Source of the DNA: Candidatus Binatia bacterium
Lineage (GTDB): Bacteria; Desulfobacterota; Binatia; UBA9968; CAXXLF01
Direction of reading: 5' to 3'
DNA: 64,000 nucleotides
NCBI GenBank assembly: GCA_963664015.2
Contig: CAXXLF010000001.1
Span: 608,001-672,000 of the forward strand
The position numbers and the translations under genes are program-made. The notes beneath the pieces are model-generated. The model was not told the origin of the DNA. It searched no databases and saw only the letters and a list, made by a program, of their open reading frames with translations. This document shows positions 63,375 through 64,000 of this stretch, in pieces; the first letter of the stretch is position 1, and every line of letters begins with the position of its first letter.

Positions 63375-63662
63375 ATGAGCCTGACCCGGGAAGATGTAAA
63401 ACAGGTGGCGACGTTGGCACGTATGGAACTCACACCAAAAGAAGAGGAGCAACTCACCCTCCAGCTCGGCAAGGTCCTCGACTACATTGAGAGACTGAAT
63501 CAGCTGGATACGGAAAAGGTCGAACCTCTTGCCCATGTGGGAGACATCGTCAACGCCTTCCGTGAGGATCGCGTCACCAACAAGCCGGCCATTGACTCGC
63601 TGCTTAGCAATGCCCCCGACCGGGAAGACGACTTCTTCAAGGTCCCCAAGATTATTGAATGA
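63375..63662 (+). CDS. gatC: Asp/Glu-tRNA amidotransferase subunit C
   Basis: VATLARMEL...LDT..VEP...REDRV...NAP...FFKVPKIIE. Confidence 0.95.
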   Translation: MSLTREDVKQVATLARMELTPKEEEQLTLQLGKVLDYIERLNQLDTEKVEPLAHVGDIVNAFREDRVTNKPAIDSLLSNAPDREDDFFKVPKIIE

Positions 63663-63670
63663 CTCATTGA

Positions 63671-64000
63671 ATGAATCCTTACGCCCTCACCATTCACGAA
63701 CTGCAGGAGAAGCTTAAGAAGAAAGAGATCTCCTCGGTTGAATTGACCAAATCCATCCTCGATCGAATCGACGACGTCGACGAGAAGGTTCGCTCCTATA
63801 TCACCGTTTGCAAGGACAGCGCCCTGGCCGAGGCAAAAAAAGCGGACGCACAATTACGTCGCAAGGGTTCTCACTCTCCACTGTTGGGCATCCCTATCGC
63901 CTTGAAAGACATCTTCCTGACTCAAGGGATCCTCACCACCTGCGCGTCGAAAATCCTTAGCAACTTTGTACCGCCATATGACGGCACCGTCGTCAGAAAA
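63671..64000 (+). CDS. gatA: Amidotransferase subunit A, partial (runs off window)
   Basis: EISSVEL...PLLGIPIALKD...TTCASKIL.NFVPPYDGTVV. Confidence 0.95.
   Translation, partial: MNPYALTIHELQEKLKKKEISSVELTKSILDRIDDVDEKVRSYITVCKDSALAEAKKADAQLRRKGSHSPLLGIPIALKDIFLTQGILTTCASKILSNFVPPYDGTVVRK

Overview
Bacterial chromosomal window, most consistent with an environmental Deltaproteobacteria-like lineage (e.g. Binatia-type; inferred from gene content only). 1-20 kb is an accessory, heavily pseudogenised stretch: orphan ABC solute-binding protein, cupins, CoxG plus GMC oxidoreductase, Pth2, glyoxalase, an atypical 2-TM channel, three tandem MFS paralogues and a VUT/YhhQ transporter. 20-47 kb is mostly intact core: ychF, an NtrY-like kinase followed by a REC-LpxC fusion, ruvCAB/yebC, rlpA, an itaconate/C5-dicarboxylate-degradation-like cluster beside acnA, ampG and a truncated globin. 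47.0-58.3 kb is a decayed ~11 kb island integrated through the 5' half of tRNA-Ser(UGA). It holds a truncated tyrosine integrase, orphan integron-type cassettes, four 28-bp 11-6-11 palindromic sites, a duplicated element end, nfeD-SPFH and an IS91-like remnant. 58-64 kb: TPR protein, gcvR-like, serS, yraN, rnhB, gatC and the start of gatA. Best candidates for new biology are the kinase/REC-LpxC pair (possible phosphorylation control of the committed lipid A step) and the recombination-site architecture of the tRNA-Ser island. All calls come from reading the sequence by eye; no database searches were run.
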